A stretch of DNA of 64,000 nucleotides, taken from an uncultured virus (IMG/VR IMGVR_UViG_3300011361_000001). Its lineage: Duplodnaviria; Heunggongvirae; Uroviricota; Caudoviricetes. The translations under genes were made by a program, and so were the position numbers. This document shows, in pieces, positions 10,067-18,024 of the stretch. Every line of letters begins with the position of its first letter. The stretch's first letter is position 1. The stretch lies in the IMG/VR virus record IMGVR_UViG_3300011361_000001, positions 62,001 through 126,000 of that record; one strand, written 5' to 3'. The notes beneath the pieces were generated by a model. The model was not told where the DNA came from. It worked only from the letters and a program-made list of their open reading frames with translations, and searched no databases.

Positions 10067-10119
10067 CAAGGGTAGTAGTTAGTGATACCCCTTTACTTAA
10101 ACGCAAATGGAGCACCCCC

Positions 10120-11046
10120 ATGACGAAAAAAACCTTTGACATCAACCAACTGTTCAACGTCCGTCGCTTTGACAAATGCTTGGAAGACGTCCTGGAAGTC
10201 ATCGTGGCCGAAGAGGAACTCGATCAGCAGGATATCATCGACATCATCGAGACAGCTTCTCGTAACTACCGTAACCTGTACAACTACTACATCCGTCGTA
10301 AGGACTCCTTCCTCGCTCAAGCTAACGCACCCCGTGGTGGCTTTGGCACACCCTTCTCCCAATCGTACGGTCCCTCCTACCCAGTCCCCAATGGCTTCAG
10401 TGACAGGAGTCGTCAGCTAGAAGCTGAACGGCAAGTGATCTCCTGTGACGAGCACCCTGAGTTCTTTGAACTGCTCTTTAACTTGAGTGAGTTTGAAATT
10501 GCTTACAACACGACGCCCCTCACTGACACCTTCAAGTTCCTAGGGGTGGACATCGGTAAGGGGCTGACCTACTTGGGGCGTGACAAGGAGCTGGTGACCG
10601 TGGCCGGTACGGCTCAGTTCTTCCATGGTCAACTGGTGGTTCGTTTGGAGTGTCAGGAGCAGTTTGGTCAAATCCATCTGGCGCCGACACAAGCCAGCCG
10701 TGTACGACTGGAACAGGCGATCTATAAAGGAGATCTAACCCTACCGGGCCAGAAGGCCATTAACCCCGCTACCCGTGAGCTGATGGAGCACATGCGTACC
10801 CAAGCCTGGCTTCAGCTTAAAGAGGGTGACTTGGCCACCCGTGTTGATGCCTTTGAGGAGCCTGCACAGGTGTACCTGGTGGGTCGTATTGAACATTACC
10901 ATGAAAGCTTAGGCACAACCTCTGAAGCCTGTGTGATGCCTGTACAGATACATGACACCGGGATTGACCTGATGGCTAAGCCTATGGGTAATGGGATTCA
11001 TAAGGTGGATCTCATGTTGCTGAAGCCTTATGTCCATAAAGGCTAA
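10120..11046 (+). CDS. Hypothetical protein
   Basis: GGAG RBS before ATG 10120. The upstream extension in the ORF track is antisense to nrdA. Confidence 0.75.
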   Translation: MTKKTFDINQLFNVRRFDKCLEDVLEVIVAEEELDQQDIIDIIETASRNYRNLYNYYIRRKDSFLAQANAPRGGFGTPFSQSYGPSYPVPNGFSDRSRQLEAERQVISCDEHPEFFELLFNLSEFEIAYNTTPLTDTFKFLGVDIGKGLTYLGRDKELVTVAGTAQFFHGQLVVRLECQEQFGQIHLAPTQASRVRLEQAIYKGDLTLPGQKAINPATRELMEHMRTQAWLQLKEGDLATRVDAFEEPAQVYLVGRIEHYHESLGTTSEACVMPVQIHDTGIDLMAKPMGNGIHKVDLMLLKPYVHKG

Positions 11047-11231
11047 AAGCCAGTATGATTTAATTCTACATTCGTGTTCTATTGATTGAACACTTATTCA
11101 GATAGAATAAGGAGTAAGGCCGTTTATTCGGCCTTACGACGACCACTGCTCTTGCTTTGCTTGTAAACAGAGAACCGCTAGGGGCACTAAGACCCTAGCA
11201 GTCCTTTTTTCTTTTTACCCTGAGGCGCTGT

Positions 11232-11699
11232 ATGCGTAAGCACAAAGTCTACCTAGGTAAACCGTATCACCATCAGAAGGTACCCCGCCTCCTTAGGCGG
11301 GCTGCTATCAATGCCTACGCTTTAGAGGTAGAACGTTACCTTGAGGTGTTAAGTAATGAACAATTGTTTAGCATAGCGCGCAGTACGGGTAAGAGTACGT
11401 TCTTTGATGCCTACTTCAGTCCGTTAAGTATCCTGAATCAATTAGAAGCCGGGACCTGGCCTGTGACCTTCCGGTTGTTTGCGACCAAGCTTCCAAGGTT
11501 CCCTAAGGTGCCTGCGATCTGGCAGGGGACGGTGGTGGACCGTGACGTTGAATTCATGTACACAGTCCCGGTACGCCCCTTTGACATCGTTAAAGCGGTG
11601 GACCAGTTAAAAGCCTGCGTCAACCAGTCTCCCAAAGCCATAGACCTTGATATCTGTACCCTGTACGCCAACCCTGTCCAACTCCTTAAACTCCGTTAA
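11232..11699 (+). CDS. Hypothetical protein
   Basis: 155 aa, GAGG RBS. Confidence 0.65.
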   Translation: MRKHKVYLGKPYHHQKVPRLLRRAAINAYALEVERYLEVLSNEQLFSIARSTGKSTFFDAYFSPLSILNQLEAGTWPVTFRLFATKLPRFPKVPAIWQGTVVDRDVEFMYTVPVRPFDIVKAVDQLKACVNQSPKAIDLDICTLYANPVQLLKLR

Positions 11700-11719
11700 T
11701 ACCTAATAGGTTTTGTATC

Positions 11720-12691
11720 ATGTACAACACATTCCTTGAAAAATGGCAAAACACTGAAACCATCCAGCGTCTCGTGGGCTTCTACCACAAAGACTGTACC
11801 GATGGCTACTTCAGTGGCGCCTTGCTTAAGATGACCTTTGAGCACGTGGGTAAACCGTTCCAACTGGTGCCGGTGACCTACGGTGACGAACTGCTGAGTC
11901 ACGTGTTGCCGGGCGACCACGTGGTCTTTGCCGACATGTCAGCTTCTCCTGACGTGATCTTGGCCATTGCTGAGAAAGCCAACGGTGTGACCGTGTTCGA
12001 CCACCACGAATCAGCCGTGCGTCTGTTTGACCGTCTACCGGCAGGCTACTTCGCTGACGATGACGTGACCTTGGTCTTTGACTTGGAACGTTGTGGTACG
12101 CGGCTGGTCTTTGACGAGTTGGCCCACAGCTGCCTGCGCATTGGCGACCTGCGCCACTACACGCGACTGATTGATCGGGTGCAAACCTGGGACTTGCAAC
12201 TGCCCTTGGCCCAAGCCCCTGAGTACCGGGCCTTTGCCGCTTACGCCAAAGCCAAGCTTACCAGCAAAGAAGCCGTCTATACGTTCTTGCAGATGTACAT
12301 GATCGATGGCTTTACCTCTGATCAGAAAGTCCAAGAACAAGGTCGACTGTTGATGGAGTTGGAAGACGAGCAGATCAGCTGGGCCGTTGAGAACACCTTA
12401 CGGGTGGTGACCTTGGAGGTCCCTGATGGTCAGGGGCGTATGCTGTCCTTCGATAACGTAGCGTTGGTCAATGCCCCGAAGTACCTGTGTACGCAGATTG
12501 GTCGACGCTTGGAAAATGACTACCCGATTGTGATGATCTATCATGAGACTCCGATGGGTCGGGTGTTCCGGATCAGTTCCAAGAAAGGTGGGATCATCGT
12601 CAACACCCTCGCTGAGAAGTTTCAAGGGGGTGGACACCCCCATAGTGCGGGCATTAAGGCCCTGCGTGAGAGCTACTTAGGACGTCTATGA
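11720..12691 (+). CDS. DHH/DHHA1 family phosphoesterase
   Basis: Motifs YHKDCTDG, FAD, FDHH and C-terminal GGGHPHSAG. Confidence 0.9.
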   Translation: MYNTFLEKWQNTETIQRLVGFYHKDCTDGYFSGALLKMTFEHVGKPFQLVPVTYGDELLSHVLPGDHVVFADMSASPDVILAIAEKANGVTVFDHHESAVRLFDRLPAGYFADDDVTLVFDLERCGTRLVFDELAHSCLRIGDLRHYTRLIDRVQTWDLQLPLAQAPEYRAFAAYAKAKLTSKEAVYTFLQMYMIDGFTSDQKVQEQGRLLMELEDEQISWAVENTLRVVTLEVPDGQGRMLSFDNVALVNAPKYLCTQIGRRLENDYPIVMIYHETPMGRVFRISSKKGGIIVNTLAEKFQGGGHPHSAGIKALRESYLGRL

Positions 12692-12704
12692 ATCAGGTGA
12701 AATT

Positions 12705-13232
12705 ATGCCAAAAGGTGAAAAACTAGCAGAGATAACCCGACAGCGGGCTGAATTAAAAAGGCAACAACAACTGTCGAACTACATCGTTGATGAAACCACG
12801 GGTTGTCACATCTTCCAAGGTGGTATTGGTCAAGACGGTTATGGGAAGGTAAAACGCCACGGCAAAACCCTTCGCATGCACCGGGTCGTCTATGCCGAGA
12901 CTCATGGGGTGGAGCTGACACCTAAAGATGTCATCATGCACAAGTGTGATAACCCCCCATGTATCAACAAAGACCACCTCCAATTGGGTGACCATCTTCT
13001 CAACGAGTTGGATAAAACGATGAAAGGGCGCCGTACACCGTCGCCCAGCATCACTCATTTCGATCAAGTACCACGAGGTGAGAAACATCCACGGGCTGTC
13101 TTGACGGCTGTAGACATAGATCGAATCCGTACTTCGGGTGATAGTGCTAAAGACCTAGCCGAGGAGTATGGTGTCTCTGAATCAACCATCCATAGAGCTA
13201 ACCGGGGTGAGACATGGGCATCTATCAAGTGA
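12705..13232 (+). CDS. Free-standing HNH homing endonuclease with C-terminal HTH
   Basis: MHRVVY...MHKCDNPPCINKDHL...N HNH motif and C-terminal LAEEYGVSESTIHR HTH. AGGTG RBS. Confidence 0.9.
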   Translation: MPKGEKLAEITRQRAELKRQQQLSNYIVDETTGCHIFQGGIGQDGYGKVKRHGKTLRMHRVVYAETHGVELTPKDVIMHKCDNPPCINKDHLQLGDHLLNELDKTMKGRRTPSPSITHFDQVPRGEKHPRAVLTAVDIDRIRTSGDSAKDLAEEYGVSESTIHRANRGETWASIK

Positions 13233-13234
13233 AT

Positions 13235-13288
13235 CCTCACGCCGCCGGGATCAAAGCCCTACGCGACAGTTATCTAGGGAGACTGTGA
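13235..13288 (+). pseudogene. Orphaned duplicate of the DHH gene 3' end
   Basis: Encodes PHAAGIKALRDSYLGRL*, versus PHSAGIKALRESYLGRL* at 12638-12691. Confidence 0.9.
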
Positions 13289-13396
13289 GGACTGTCAATA
13301 AATCTTAACATTTAACACACTTGCTATAGGGTCCTAGGCTCACGCCTAGGACCTGCTGTTAGTTTAAACTCACATTCCTAATCGGAAGTTTTGCCT

Positions 13397-14017
13397 ATGT
13401 ACCACGACCTCGATGCGTTTGTAATTCTGGCCTTAGTGGAAAAGTTTCACGGCCAAAAAGCGATGTACAAAAAGGCTGTGGAGATGTTTCGCGGTAAGAT
13501 CAAATGTGAACCCCAAGTCTCGCAAGGGTTCATTTTGAAAGCGATCAAAAAGCGTGACGTGCGCACCTTTGTTTACAAAATCGATGCCTACATCGATGAC
13601 TACTTGTATTACGCCTTGCCGGCTCGTGATCTGGGGGATGACGGGGCGTTAGGGATGGTGTTCTACGAAGGAGTCGTACACCCGATTGTGGTCACCTACG
13701 AAACCGAGGACGACTACTGGTGGGCGATTGAAAACGAACACGAGATCTTCACCGCTGCAAACTTCTGGTTGGTGTGGGAGCACCGGTTAACCGAAGGGAT
13801 CAACGCTGAGTATTTGATGTTTGCAACCTATGGCTATTCTGGCATGCCGCGCTGGTGGGGAATCAAGAACCTAGGCGGGCCGGTGCCTTACAAAGACTTA
13901 CTCTATTACCCCGAAGAGGGTGAAGAGCTGGCACCAACGTACACCCATAATGAAATTGCTGCCCAACACGCTGCCGCGAAGGAAGTACTGAATGACGATA
14001 AAGCCGCTCTCCCCTGA
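13397..14017 (+). CDS. Hypothetical protein
   Basis: About 206 aa, aromatic-rich, in the + strand run. Start at ATG 13397 or TTG 13391. Confidence 0.7.
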   Translation: MYHDLDAFVILALVEKFHGQKAMYKKAVEMFRGKIKCEPQVSQGFILKAIKKRDVRTFVYKIDAYIDDYLYYALPARDLGDDGALGMVFYEGVVHPIVVTYETEDDYWWAIENEHEIFTAANFWLVWEHRLTEGINAEYLMFATYGYSGMPRWWGIKNLGGPVPYKDLLYYPEEGEELAPTYTHNEIAAQHAAAKEVLNDDKAALP

Positions 14018-14537
14018 GCAGCTTCAGGTGTTTCTGGCCTATTTCCCAACCCTGACCCTGCGCTTCTTTTGCAACACCGGAGCGCAGTACCGGTTGATGG
14101 ACGTTGCCGCACCTAAAATGCTGAACCACCTCCACAGGCTACAAGGATGTATTGCTTTGTTGACCCTGGAGGGGCAAAAGGAAGACACTACCCAACACTC
14201 ACCGCGTTACGGCTTAGACGTTTCGGCTATCTCCACTGCAGAACTTGAGTGGGTACTGGCTGTAGTGGTTCGTCGTGAACGCGCGTTAATCGCAACACAG
14301 CAGAAGGAAATTGTACATGGTACGTGTTCGCTCAATCATGGCGATCGCTCGCAATGGAGTTATTGGCAAGCAAAACGCTTTGCCATGGCCCCGGCTGAAC
14401 TGCGACATGCAGTTTTTCAAGGCCACCACCATGGGCAGCCCGATTCTCATGGGCGCCAATACGTGGAAGAGCCTCGGCCGACCCCTACCAGGGCGGTTAA
14501 ACATCGTGGTTACACGCACTTTGAACCTGCCGACTGA
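13992..14537 (+). CDS. Hypothetical protein (3' part overlaps DHFR out of frame)
   Basis: AAGGA RBS. Fills the gap 14017-14317, and its last ~220 nt overlap DHFR. Confidence 0.5.
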   Translation: MTIKPLSPEQLQVFLAYFPTLTLRFFCNTGAQYRLMDVAAPKMLNHLHRLQGCIALLTLEGQKEDTTQHSPRYGLDVSAISTAELEWVLAVVVRRERALIATQQKEIVHGTCSLNHGDRSQWSYWQAKRFAMAPAELRHAVFQGHHHGQPDSHGRQYVEEPRPTPTRAVKHRGYTHFEPAD

Positions 14538-14817
14538 TGAGAACCTTCGGGTGTTTACCGGCTACCCCGAGGCGCTTGAGTTTGCTAAGAGCGTCTCTGA
14601 AACCGGTTACGTCTACGTGATAGGTGGAAAACAACTCTACGAAACTGCCGACACCTACGGCGTGGATGAGTACCTGGTCAGTCGCATCAACCAGGATTTC
14701 GAGGGTGACACTTTCTACAACCCGCCTCTTGAAGGCTATCTGCTCAGTACTCAACTGACCTGTGCAGAACAAGGGATTGAAGTGTGCACTCAACACTACA
14801 AAAAGCAAGGAGCATAA
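14317..14817 (+). CDS. folA: Dihydrofolate reductase
   Basis: Motifs AIARNGVIG...LPW, DMQFFK.TT, ILMG..TW.S.GRPLPGR.NIVVT, YVIGG and GDTF. AAGGA RBS. Confidence 0.95.
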   Translation: MVRVRSIMAIARNGVIGKQNALPWPRLNCDMQFFKATTMGSPILMGANTWKSLGRPLPGRLNIVVTRTLNLPTDENLRVFTGYPEALEFAKSVSETGYVYVIGGKQLYETADTYGVDEYLVSRINQDFEGDTFYNPPLEGYLLSTQLTCAEQGIEVCTQHYKKQGA

Positions 14818-14821
14818 GCGG

Positions 14822-15187
14822 ATGGGTAGTATGATGAATTTGAAGAAACTCGGATTAGGTCGCGCCACAGGTGTTATCGAAGGCGTAGATTTCACACAGT
14901 TCAACCCTAAGCGTACCACGGTCGGGGTGATCAAAGCCTCAGGCGGTATCGTCTACTTCAACGTCAAAGGCACCCGCATCAAGGTTGACACCACCGCCTT
15001 GGAAGACTTGAACCCCTACCTGCACAAGTTGGGTCAGATCAAGCTCTTGGTCAGCGACGCTGAAGCCTTGTTTGAAGACGCTGTCAAAACCCAAGTGGTG
15101 CCGTGGAAGCACATGCATCTGCAAGAATACAAGTTGTCTAACGGTAGTCTCGCCTACTGTGTGACCTCTGAGGTTCCTCATGCTTAA
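14822..15187 (+). CDS. Hypothetical protein
   Basis: AAGGAG RBS before ATG 14822. Overlaps the next gene. Confidence 0.65.
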   Translation: MGSMMNLKKLGLGRATGVIEGVDFTQFNPKRTTVGVIKASGGIVYFNVKGTRIKVDTTALEDLNPYLHKLGQIKLLVSDAEALFEDAVKTQVVPWKHMHLQEYKLSNGSLAYCVTSEVPHA

Positions 15188-15845
15188 CCACGATCCCATC
15201 CCCAACACCATCTACATCAGCGGCAGTGGCTTTCCAGTCCTCTACCACGGTAATGCTAAGCAGGCTCAAGACTGTAACCTTGAGCAGGCGGTGTACAGCG
15301 TACTGACCGAAACTTTCGACAGCGAACGCAAGACCTTGTTCTACTGCAGCCCACAAGACTTCAAAGAACGGTTTAACCCGATCACCGAGTGGGACGAGTC
15401 GCGCAAGGTTCTCAAGCGACGTGTGTTGTTGTTGGTCTTGGGCAGTCGGTTCAATACCTTCGGTATGCATTCGGCCTGTGAGCACAACGTTAAGCTTCTA
15501 GCGGCCTACGCTGCGCTTGACAAGCCGCCGGTGCGGATTGCTAACGTAACCCGCGACCCAGACTTTCCGCGTTACTACGGAGACGAGGAGTGTACTGACG
15601 GCTGGTTGGAAAACCTCTGTCTGCGCAGCTACGACGAAGGGCGGTACTACGTGTTGTCCGGTGATTTGGTCAGTGACCAGCTGGAGAACACCTACGTTCA
15701 AGAGTTCTTCCCGCGTAACAATGACGGACTGTTTATCGTCCCGAGTCGTTACATAACCTCCGTCCAGGTAGAAACCGAAGACGAAACCCACACAGATGGT
15801 CGCGTACTGATCAAGCGGCTACATAACGCCTTTGCGCTGGTCTAG
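15180..15845 (+). CDS. Hypothetical protein (N-terminus loosely DUF1653-like)
   Basis: 221 aa. The A...E.AVY..L......F..RF pattern is reminiscent of DUF1653 (weak). Confidence 0.6.
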   Translation: MLNHDPIPNTIYISGSGFPVLYHGNAKQAQDCNLEQAVYSVLTETFDSERKTLFYCSPQDFKERFNPITEWDESRKVLKRRVLLLVLGSRFNTFGMHSACEHNVKLLAAYAALDKPPVRIANVTRDPDFPRYYGDEECTDGWLENLCLRSYDEGRYYVLSGDLVSDQLENTYVQEFFPRNNDGLFIVPSRYITSVQVETEDETHTDGRVLIKRLHNAFALV

Positions 15846-15868
15846 GTAAAGCGATCAAGGAGCGGGTG

Positions 15869-16006
15869 ATGCAGACGTACGATTATGCGCTGGTCAAGCA
15901 ACAACGAGAGCGTAAGGCCTTTCTGGCTGACCGTAATTATTTGTTGGGTCATGGGCTGTTTCTAACAGCTAACTTGGCTTACTGGTTGTATGAATTGCTG
16001 CGGTAA
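15869..16006 (+). CDS. Small 45-aa protein, not in the ORF track
   Basis: AAGGAG RBS. Sequence MQTYDYALVKQQRERKAFLADRNYLLGHGLFLTANLAYWLYELLR has a hydrophobic C-terminus and is followed by a terminator hairpin. Confidence 0.55.
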   Translation: MQTYDYALVKQQRERKAFLADRNYLLGHGLFLTANLAYWLYELLR

Positions 16007-16020
16007 AAGGCATACTCGGC

Positions 16021-16049
16021 TAGGCGGGGCTTCGGCCCCGTCTATGCCG
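16021..16049 (+). terminator. Terminator-like hairpin
   Basis: taggcggggc-ttcg-gccccgtcta followed by TATGCCG. Confidence 0.6.
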
Positions 16050-16116
16050 CCTATTTTATGAAAGGGTCGCCCCCGTTCTTTTTTTTTTGTTTAAGTCAGC
16101 AGTTACAGGGAGCCTT

Positions 16117-16638
16117 ATGGAAACTTTTGTTGGTTTTACCAAACTGAGTAACCGCACGGCATTTTCGTATGACGAGAACGCCAGCTATAAGCTGGGTGGG
16201 GACTACTGGCGGGTTTGTAAAGCCTTCCGGTACTACATCGGCACTAAGGACAGCCAAGAATGGGTAGACGTCGAATTAGGGTTTTTGACTAATGGTGCTG
16301 ACATCCCACGCTTGCTCTGGCCCTTGGTACCTCGTCATGGCGAGTATGACCAAGCGGTAGCCTTGCACGATAAACTGTGCGAGAAGCCTGAGATTCAAAC
16401 GCCCCAAGGGCCTAAAGTCATTTCCCGTGTGGAAGTTGACGCTATCTTCTATGAGGCACTGCGCGTGCTTAAAATCGCCTCATGGAAATTCACATTAATC
16501 AAGGGTGGCGTGGATCTACACCGTACAATCAACGGTGGACGATTCAAACGACCCAATGCTGCTAAAGTACACCTTCAAACCGATCCAGTCGTCTTGCAAC
16601 AATTTTTCGATGGGTTTGTCCTCAAGACTGTCCTTTAG
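16117..16638 (+). CDS. DUF1353-like protein
   Basis: GFLTNGADIPR.LW...A.ALHD.L...R.E.D.IF.EAL pattern. GGGAG RBS. Confidence 0.75.
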   Translation: METFVGFTKLSNRTAFSYDENASYKLGGDYWRVCKAFRYYIGTKDSQEWVDVELGFLTNGADIPRLLWPLVPRHGEYDQAVALHDKLCEKPEIQTPQGPKVISRVEVDAIFYEALRVLKIASWKFTLIKGGVDLHRTINGGRFKRPNAAKVHLQTDPVVLQQFFDGFVLKTVL

Positions 16639-16668
16639 CCACAGCCCCAGTAATCCGAGGTATTTATC

Positions 16669-17055
16669 ATGATTACATTGGACGCTATGGTGGAGAACGG
16701 TGACGTCATTCAAGTTCTGTCCAACACTACTTTCGTACCCATCGCTGAAATTGAGGATGACATCGAAAAGAGTTGCAGTGGTCACATCACCTACAAAGTG
16801 AAGAACGACAGTCAGTATTACCGTCAACGCTTTTGCTTGTATGTTGGAGAACAACTGTTCTCTGAGTTAAGACACCGTGAGGTGGACTTTATTGTCAGTT
16901 TGGGTGAAATGCTCGAGCGACGCTTCAAGGAACAAGGGATGATGGTAGTAGAAGTCTCTCTGCCAAAGAGCCACGGTTACAGCGGACGTTCGTTTGGTTA
17001 CTACAGTACCAAGCGTCTGTTCAACAATGCCGGCATAAAAGGATTTGGTGAGTAA
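16669..17055 (+). CDS. Hypothetical protein
   Basis: 128 aa, GAGGT RBS. Confidence 0.65.
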   Translation: MITLDAMVENGDVIQVLSNTTFVPIAEIEDDIEKSCSGHITYKVKNDSQYYRQRFCLYVGEQLFSELRHREVDFIVSLGEMLERRFKEQGMMVVEVSLPKSHGYSGRSFGYYSTKRLFNNAGIKGFGE

Positions 17056-17056
17056 G

Positions 17057-17960
17057 CGGCATAACGATCCCTTAGGAGGCTCCCACAAGGGAGTCCTCCT
17101 TAAGGGTGGCCCTGGGGTCAGGGGCGCTATCGTTACCGGTCGGCACTCGTTGTGATTACACAAGAAGAACCTTTTTCGAACGCTGCGACAATAGGTGTAG
17201 AGAGTACACGCAACTTGCGGCCAACGCCCAACTGGACAACTGGTGAAGCCTGACTAAAGTTCTGGTTGGAGAGAACCTTAAAGAGAAGCTTCGTCTTAAA
17301 GAACGAAGATACCAAACCGCTAAAGAAAGCAGTCTTTCCACACTGAACGGCTCTGTTAAGAAGATCACCGAGTGTAAGAAACGACGCGAAGCTAATAACA
17401 GTCTCGTCAGAGACGTGCTGCTGGGCAGCGGTGTTAGAAGATCCAACGGTATTACGGGTACTACGGATGAACGGACTCAGATGCGACTGCACGTGACGAC
17501 AGCCGCGTCCGTTCAGGACGATGTGATTATCCACAATGGCTAGTCCGATACGCAAGCACGAAGCTTGATTAGATTATGGTACTGTTGTAGCTACCTTAAG
17601 TGTGTCGAGAGCACATTACTCTCAAAGTAAAGGTAAAGAAAATATATATTTACTCTATTCTGTAAAAAAATACTTTTATAGGGTAAAGAATGAACCTTAC
17701 ACAGCGGTTCCATCACTGACTCATCGTGCAGGTGGTGAGGGTTACGAAAGCCCTTTCAGCGCCTAAGAGCGCTTAACGTGTACTCTGCCTTGACACGCAG
17801 AGGACGAACGAGAACGACTATGGACCGTCAATCTGTAGTCAGCCGTAACTGTCCTATACTCAGCTTTTGTGCAGAGTGTTGTTAGGCTACGGGGTTGGAC
17901 CGATCACTAAGCGCGGAGTGCACCCGTTGGCTTAGTGGTCGGAAAGACTTTTTATGCCCC
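17057..17960. ncRNA. Candidate structured non-coding RNA(s) or replication-origin region
   Basis: About 900 bp with no convincing start-bearing gene, more than 10 hairpins, and a central AT-rich block at 17625-17695. Confidence 0.35.
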
Positions 17961-17971
17961 CTCTTTATAGA

Positions 17972-18021
17972 CGTCATAAAAGGTGAGGCCTCCCCCGAAG
18001 GGGAAGCCTCGTTGTATGCCG
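17972..18021. terminator. Terminator hairpin after the helicase gene
   Basis: gaggcctcccc-gaa-ggggaagcctc (TTCG loop on the - strand), flanked by CGTCATA and TATGCCG. Confidence 0.65.
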
Positions 18022-18024
18022 TCC

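Noticed and set aside
9172..10119. N-terminal extension of the 624-aa ORF
   Set aside because: Antisense to nrdA and crosses the promoter region. The RBS supports a start at 10120.
17133..17555. 140-aa minus-strand ORF
   Set aside because: No RBS, atypical composition and no motifs. Not excluded, but unsupported.
17121..17560. Possible tmRNA, RNase P RNA or tRNA
   Set aside because: A GGGGCG start is present, but there is no T-arm/CCA end, no tag peptide ending in LAA and no RNase P core motif.
17716..17760. Possible hammerhead ribozyme (ctgactca...gaaa)
   Set aside because: The core does not match CUGANGA and the stems could not be assembled.
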